In this document: piece after piece, positions 26,658 to 29,868 of the stretch
Layout: the number at the start of each line of letters is the position of its first letter
Position numbering within the stretch: position 1 is the stretch's first letter
IMG/VR virus record: IMGVR_UViG_3300045988_021149
Location: 1 to 29,868 of that record
Origin: a virus
Direction: 5' to 3' (one strand)
DNA length: 29,868 nucleotides
Made by a program: the position numbers and the translations under genes
Notes under the pieces: generated by a model
Told to the model about the DNA's origin: nothing
The model's input: only the letters and a program-made list of their open reading frames with translations
Database searches by the model: none

Positions 26658-27038
26658 ATGAATGTACAAGATTTTTTAACTTTATTACAGACTGCTGCTA
26701 CTTTAGTTTGTGGTGGATTAGCTTTATATTTTAAGTTCAGTACAAAAGCTAAAACTAAAGCAAAGGAAGTGCAAGAAGTGATTTCCAAAATTACTGCGCA
26801 AGCAGTAGTTTACATTAAAGAAGCAGAGGACAACTACAAAGATACAACTAATGCAGGTGGCAAGAAGTTTGAAGAAGTTGTTAGTAAGCTTTATGATCTA
26901 GTACCTGATGCATTGCATGGAATTATCACAAAAGAAATGATTAGTGAAATTGTTCAAAGTACTTTTGATGAAATTGAAGAATACGTTAAGATTCAATTAG
27001 ATAATGGAATTGATAAAATCAACGTCAAAGGTGACTAA
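26658..27038 (+). CDS. Holin, LL-H-like (single N-terminal TM, 126 aa)
   Basis: ATG after TGGAGGTG. TM segment LLQTAATLVCGGLALYF followed by a long hydrophilic helical tail (…GGKKFEEVVSKLYDLVP…ISEIVQSTFDEIEEYV) as in LL-H family holins. It is the first gene of the lysis cassette. Confidence 0.6.
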   Translation: MNVQDFLTLLQTAATLVCGGLALYFKFSTKAKTKAKEVQEVISKITAQAVVYIKEAEDNYKDTTNAGGKKFEEVVSKLYDLVPDALHGIITKEMISEIVQSTFDEIEEYVKIQLDNGIDKINVKGD

Positions 27039-27439
27039 TGGGAAAAGTTATCACTATTGATTTAGAATATGTTTTATGGCTTCTAGGTTTCATTGCTTCC
27101 GCTTGGGGAGTAGTAAAGATTATTAAAGAGCTAAAGAAACCTAATGACGATTTAAAGGTTATGGTGAAACGACATGATGAATTGTTGCACCGTGATAACG
27201 AACGATTAAATTCACTTGAAAAGATAACATTGAATCAGGAAAGTATCAATCGCAAATTAGAAGAGCATACTCGCATTCTATCAGATCATGACGATCGGTT
27301 AGAAGAAGATAAAAAGCGAGGCGATCTTATGCTAAAAGCAAACATGGCCATTCTCGATGGAATGCTATCGGAAGATGATAAAGAAAGCCTAAAGGCTACG
27401 CGAAAAGAAATCCAGGACTTTTTAGTCGAGAAGAATTAG
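27038..27439 (+). CDS. Membrane-anchored coiled-coil protein (133 aa); possible second holin/antiholin or lysis regulator
   Basis: TAATG-coupled to the holin. N-terminal TM YVLWLLGFIASAWGVV, then charged coiled coil. The architecture recalls BhlA/UviB-type holin-like proteins, but this is inference only. Confidence 0.45.
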   Translation: MGKVITIDLEYVLWLLGFIASAWGVVKIIKELKKPNDDLKVMVKRHDELLHRDNERLNSLEKITLNQESINRKLEEHTRILSDHDDRLEEDKKRGDLMLKANMAILDGMLSEDDKESLKATRKEIQDFLVEKN

Positions 27440-27451
27440 GAGGACAGAATC

Positions 27452-27556
27452 ATGGAAGAAAAAGAAGTAAAATTTGAAGATTTATCAGAAGAAGCTCAAT
27501 CAGAGTTATCAAATGGAAAAGAAGAAGGTGAAGAAGAATGTCATATTCAAGCTTAA
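27452..27556 (+). CDS. Tiny acidic ORF (34 aa), not in the ORF track
   Basis: ATG 27452 lies 7 nt after AGGAGG (27439-27444). Sequence MEEKEVKFEDLSEEAQSELSNGKEEGEEECHIQA*. It overlaps the endolysin start by 19 nt in another frame. Confidence 0.35.
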   Translation: MEEKEVKFEDLSEEAQSELSNGKEEGEEECHIQA

Positions 27557-28626
27557 CAAATAAATATATTCCTGCTAGTGCAGATAACTATATGCGAGGA
27601 CGTGGTGGCTATAAAGTATGTAAAATTACACCACACCACATGGCGTGTCAGTGGAGTGCCGAAAGATGCGCTCAATCATTCCAAGTAAGCGGAAGAATGG
27701 CTAGTGCAAACTATTGTATCGGGTCAGATGGTACGATTGTTTCAAATGTTGATGAAGAAAATAGAGCGTGGACATCATCAAACTATTATAATGATTGCCA
27801 AGCTATTACGATTGAAGTTGCAAATGAAACTTGTGCGCCTAATTGGACTATCTCAACTAAAGCATGGAATGCATTGGTAAATTTATGTGTTGATATTTGT
27901 AAGAGATACGGATTTAGATTAAATTACACAGGAAATGCGAATGGAAGTTTGACAGAGCATAGAATGTTTGCAAGTACAAGTTGCCCAGGTCCTTTCCTAC
28001 ACGATAGAATGCCTCAATTAGCACAAGAAGTAAATGCTAGATTAGACGGTCAAACAGTGACACCAACGCAACCAAGTGCTCCAAGTGGCGAAAAATATTC
28101 AGTCGGTACACCTATCTGCACAAATACATTAAGCGTTAACTGTTACGGAACTTCTAAAATCTTAAAAGGTGATTGGAACGGTTCAATCGGTAGAGTAATC
28201 AAAGGTGCTAAATATCCGTATCGTGTCGATAGAAACGGTGTAGCTATTGGATGGACAAATGATGCAGGTATCGATACAGACCCTCATACACCAGTAGGAA
28301 CGACGCAATCAAGTAGTGAAGCTATCGACCAAATCTTGCACGAAGGAAGCTATGTTACATCTGTACATATGAAAATCGGCAATCAAGGCTTAAAGAAGAT
28401 TGGTGATGATTTATGCTGCTACTTATCTCAATTAGGCGGTTGGTTTCCAATTCGTATGGTAGACAAAGTGCCAAACTCAGATGGATATAATGACAATGTA
28501 TTGCACACCACAAATGCAGTTGTCTATGTAACTAGAATCAGAGTTGATGCGGTTAATGTTCAAAAGAATATTGTTAAAATTGGCGGTATTTGGGTTGACC
28601 CAACACCATTAACAGAAATTGCGTAA
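27538..28626 (+). CDS. Endolysin: N-acetylmuramoyl-L-alanine amidase (Amidase_2/PGRP fold) with a C-terminal wall-binding region
   Basis: Candidate Zn ligands as in T7-lysozyme-type amidases: ITPHHMA (His), LTEHRMF (His), STSCPGP (Cys). Also NRAWTSSN and AITIEVANE. A Pro/Thr linker (TVTPTQPSAPSGE) is followed by ~170 aa with two SH3-like-looking segments (inference). Confidence 0.85.
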   Translation: MSYSSLTNKYIPASADNYMRGRGGYKVCKITPHHMACQWSAERCAQSFQVSGRMASANYCIGSDGTIVSNVDEENRAWTSSNYYNDCQAITIEVANETCAPNWTISTKAWNALVNLCVDICKRYGFRLNYTGNANGSLTEHRMFASTSCPGPFLHDRMPQLAQEVNARLDGQTVTPTQPSAPSGEKYSVGTPICTNTLSVNCYGTSKILKGDWNGSIGRVIKGAKYPYRVDRNGVAIGWTNDAGIDTDPHTPVGTTQSSSEAIDQILHEGSYVTSVHMKIGNQGLKKIGDDLCCYLSQLGGWFPIRMVDKVPNSDGYNDNVLHTTNAVVYVTRIRVDAVNVQKNIVKIGGIWVDPTPLTEIA

Positions 28627-28642
28627 AGTATAAAAATAACAC

Positions 28643-28710
28643 ATATAAGTGTCAAAATTGTACAAAATGTGCAAAAATTACAATTAAATATCAATAAAAG
28701 TGTCATAATT
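28643..28710 (+). repeat. Two 17-bp direct repeats (15/17 identical), 51 bp apart, in the endolysin 3' region
   Basis: ATATAAGTGTCAAAATT (28643-28659) and ATAAAAGTGTCATAATT (28694-28710). Confidence 0.5.
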
Positions 28711-28750
28711 AAAAAACGGCACAAATCCTTCAACTATTTTTCGTATACTT

Positions 28751-28783
28751 AGCCTATGAACTTAATCATAGGCTCTTTTTTTT
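28751..28783 (+). terminator. Strong intrinsic terminator ending the late/lysis operon
   Basis: AGCCTATGA (28751-28759) pairs with TCATAGGCT (28766-28774). 6-nt loop, then C + T8. Confidence 0.8.
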
Positions 28784-28830
28784 ATGCTATTATTTTCATA
28801 GCTCGTCTACTAGTGTAGAAGGAGTTTCCT

Positions 28831-28864
28831 AGGACGTATGATTTATACGTCCTTTGCTTTTTTT
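28831..28864 (+). terminator. Second intrinsic terminator / 8-7-8 palindromic site
   Basis: AGGACGTA (28831-28838), tgattta, TACGTCCT (28846-28853), followed by TTGCTTTTTTT. The arms match the hairpin at 26543-26570. Confidence 0.6.
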
Positions 28865-28911
28865 GTGTTAAAATATAAGCACATAGATTAGTAGAGTGCA
28901 CAATACGACCA

Positions 28912-28931
28912 ATACCATAATATGGTATAAT
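28912..28931 (+). promoter_or_regulatory. Extended -10 promoter (TGGTATAAT) overlapped by a perfect 17-bp palindrome (candidate operator)
   Basis: ATACCATA-A-TATGGTAT spans 28912-28928. TG is at 28923-28924 and TATAAT at 28926-28931. There is no good -35. Confidence 0.35.
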
Positions 28932-28943
28932 ATCTATGCTTAG

Positions 28944-28967
28944 GGGAATACGATTGTATTCTTTTTT
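28944..28967 (+). terminator. Short hairpin + T6 immediately downstream of the promoter above (terminator/attenuator)
   Basis: GAATAC (28946-28951), gatt, GTATTC (28956-28961), then TTTTTT (28962-28967). Confidence 0.45.
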
Positions 28968-29020
28968 ATCTCGTGTACCAATTATAGGAACAAGGAGAAA
29001 CGAAACTGCTACATATTTAA

Positions 29021-29049
29021 TTGTGTGGCAGTTTTTGCTATGTTATAAT
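29021..29049 (+). promoter_or_regulatory. Candidate promoter with -35 TTGTGT, 17-nt spacer and extended -10 TGTTATAAT
   Basis: TTGTGT at 29021-29026, TG at 29041-29042, TATAAT at 29044-29049. Preceded by the hairpin AAACTGC/GCAGTTT (29003-29034). Confidence 0.4.
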
Positions 29050-29281
29050 GGCAAAGGCCCAAACATGAGAAATTCTAAGTGAACCATGTTAGCTTGATGT
29101 ACAAATCCAAGTTAGGCATATGGATTTATTAGTATTGATCTATAGTCATTCCAAGCGTGACTGATTGATATTATTTTTATGCAAGTCGACTACAAAGAAA
29201 TATTATTTTCTTACCACTGAATAGAGTACATTCTAGAAGTACTTGAAAGGTGGTTCTTTTTATATAAAATTCATACTGATA

Positions 29282-29290
29282 TGATATAAT
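29282..29290 (+). promoter_or_regulatory. Third extended -10 element (TGATATAAT)
   Basis: TG at 29282-29283, TATAAT at 29285-29290. The -35 region is poor. Confidence 0.3.
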
Positions 29291-29296
29291 CATGTT

Positions 29297-29498
29297 GCTA
29301 GGAAAAGTAGAGTGATAAAGGCCTAAGCTCTCTTTGGTGTAGTGCAAATTGCAGACGTGCAATTGAATCTTAACATTTCTCTTTGTGGCACTAGCAAACA
29401 ACTACAAAATGTGACAATTGCTAAAAGCTCCCCTTTTTTAAAGTTGTCACCAAAACGATTCCATACCTCATCCACATCAGGTATGGTTTTTATTTTTT
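29297..29498 (+). ncRNA. Candidate ~200-nt non-coding RNA (promoter at 29282-29290 to terminator at 29461-29498)
   Basis: No ORF longer than 8 codons with an SD. Internal pairings: TTGCTAG (29295-29301) with CTAGCAA (29391-29397), TAGTGC (29340-29345) with GCACTA (29388-29393), and GTGACAA (29410-29416) with TTGTCAC (29444-29450). It ends in a strong terminator. The start coordinate is inferred. Confidence 0.3.
29461..29498 (+). terminator. Intrinsic terminator
   Basis: CCATACC (29461-29467) pairs with GGTATGG (29480-29486). 12-nt loop, then TTTTTATTTTTT. Confidence 0.75.
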
Positions 29499-29583
29499 AA
29501 CAAATCTTGAAATTTATGTGCTATATTATTGATGTGTTCTTCGTGGATGAACACACCCTTTCTAAGATAACTAAAACTTATGC

Positions 29584-29618
29584 AAAAGAGTCTCCTTACC
29601 AAGCGGGAGACTTTTTTG
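29584..29618. terminator. Bidirectional-type intrinsic terminator
   Basis: AGTCTCC (29589-29595) pairs with GGAGACT (29606-29612). Flanking AAAAG upstream and TTTTT downstream can extend the stem, and give a U-tract on either strand. Confidence 0.7.
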
Positions 29619-29656
29619 TTTATATATTATAAGGAAAGGAAACAATAATATGTTTT

Positions 29657-29686
29657 TGGCATAATGGCATAAAGTGCGTGGCATAA
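29657..29686 (+). repeat. Three direct copies of TGGCATAA (two abutting, the third 14 nt on)
   Basis: Copies at 29657-29664, 29665-29672 and 29679-29686. Confidence 0.6.
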
Positions 29687-29868
29687 AACATGGAATATTT
29701 TTTTAGGTTCAATTAAATAAAATGTGGTCAAAAACGAGAAAATATGAGAACATAAAGTAAACTAGATGAATAAAAAATAAAGGAAAATAAAGAGCTAGAA
29801 ACTTATAAATATCATTCAACAAAAAGAAAAAATTATTCGCAATAAGGGGTGTGAAGCTTTACTTGAAA

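Noticed and set aside
28838-28891. 17-codon hydrophobic ORF (MIYTSFAFFVLKYKHID) after AAGGAG, considered as a type I toxin
   Set aside because: It is too short to span a membrane, the SD-ATG spacing is 13 nt, and the ATG sits inside the terminator stem. No antisense promoter is evident.
29359-29373. AATTGAATCTTAACAT, and an inverted AATTGAACCTAA at 29704-29715, which resemble the 5' half of clostridial type I-B CRISPR repeats as I remember them (solitary repeat or RNA anti-CRISPR idea)
   Set aside because: The resemblance is partial and from memory only. The 3' half of a repeat is absent, and there is no repeat-spacer periodicity. A CRISPR-repeat database search would be needed before making any claim.
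29177-29401. 74-aa minus-strand ORF in the non-coding region
   Set aside because: It starts at a TTG with no SD and has a random-looking composition. It runs across a predicted plus-strand promoter and hairpins.
28627-29868. tRNA gene or tRNA-derived attB/attR core in the non-coding region
   Set aside because: No GTTCRANYC T-loop box, and no cloverleaf-compatible arms seen on either strand.
29844-29868. Possible gene start at the right edge (AAGGGG then GTG 29851 or TTG 29863)
   Set aside because: Only 2-6 codons are visible, and the SD spacing is poor for GTG (1 nt) and long for TTG (13 nt). It cannot be supported from this window.

Overview
Nt 1-28626 form one uninterrupted plus-strand late operon of a siphovirus-type tailed phage or prophage. 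The host looks like a low-GC Gram-positive: the sequence is AT-rich by eye, has GGAGG-type ribosome-binding sites, and many gene junctions are TAATG/ATGA-coupled.

Gene order:
- 3' end of a probable small terminase, large terminase, portal, and three unknown head-module genes.
- A prohead protease fused to an E/K-rich scaffold domain, with a candidate nested internal scaffold start, then the major capsid protein and head-tail joining genes.
- Major tail protein, G/T tail chaperones with a candidate -1 frameshift, and a 1527-aa tape measure.
- A Dit-like protein, then three extra tail-tip genes. Two of these are tandem paralogues sharing an 8-cysteine N-terminal domain.
- A Tal-type tail protein carrying lysozyme-like and CHAP domains, tail fibres (one with three FN3 repeats), and a virion-type SGNH esterase.
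- A self-contained tyrosine-recombinase cassette sits directly in front of a four-gene lysis cassette: LL-H-like holin, TM/coiled-coil protein, tiny acidic ORF, Amidase_2 endolysin.

The last 1.24 kb (28627-29868) has no credible ORF on either strand. It is dense in intrinsic terminators and holds three TGnTATAAT extended -10 promoters, a perfect 17-bp palindrome and short tandem repeats.

I saw no tRNA, rRNA, CRISPR array, transposase, reverse transcriptase or recognisable defence gene.

The best candidates for something undescribed are:
1. the RNA-only locus after the endolysin;
2. the autonomous recombinase cassette between the tail and lysis modules, with related hairpins bracketing the lysis genes;
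3. the unusually cysteine-rich virion proteins, including the paralogous 8-Cys domain pair inserted between Dit and Tal.

All calls rest on motif reading, gene order and hand-checked coordinates. No homology search was possible, so family names are pattern recognition from memory.
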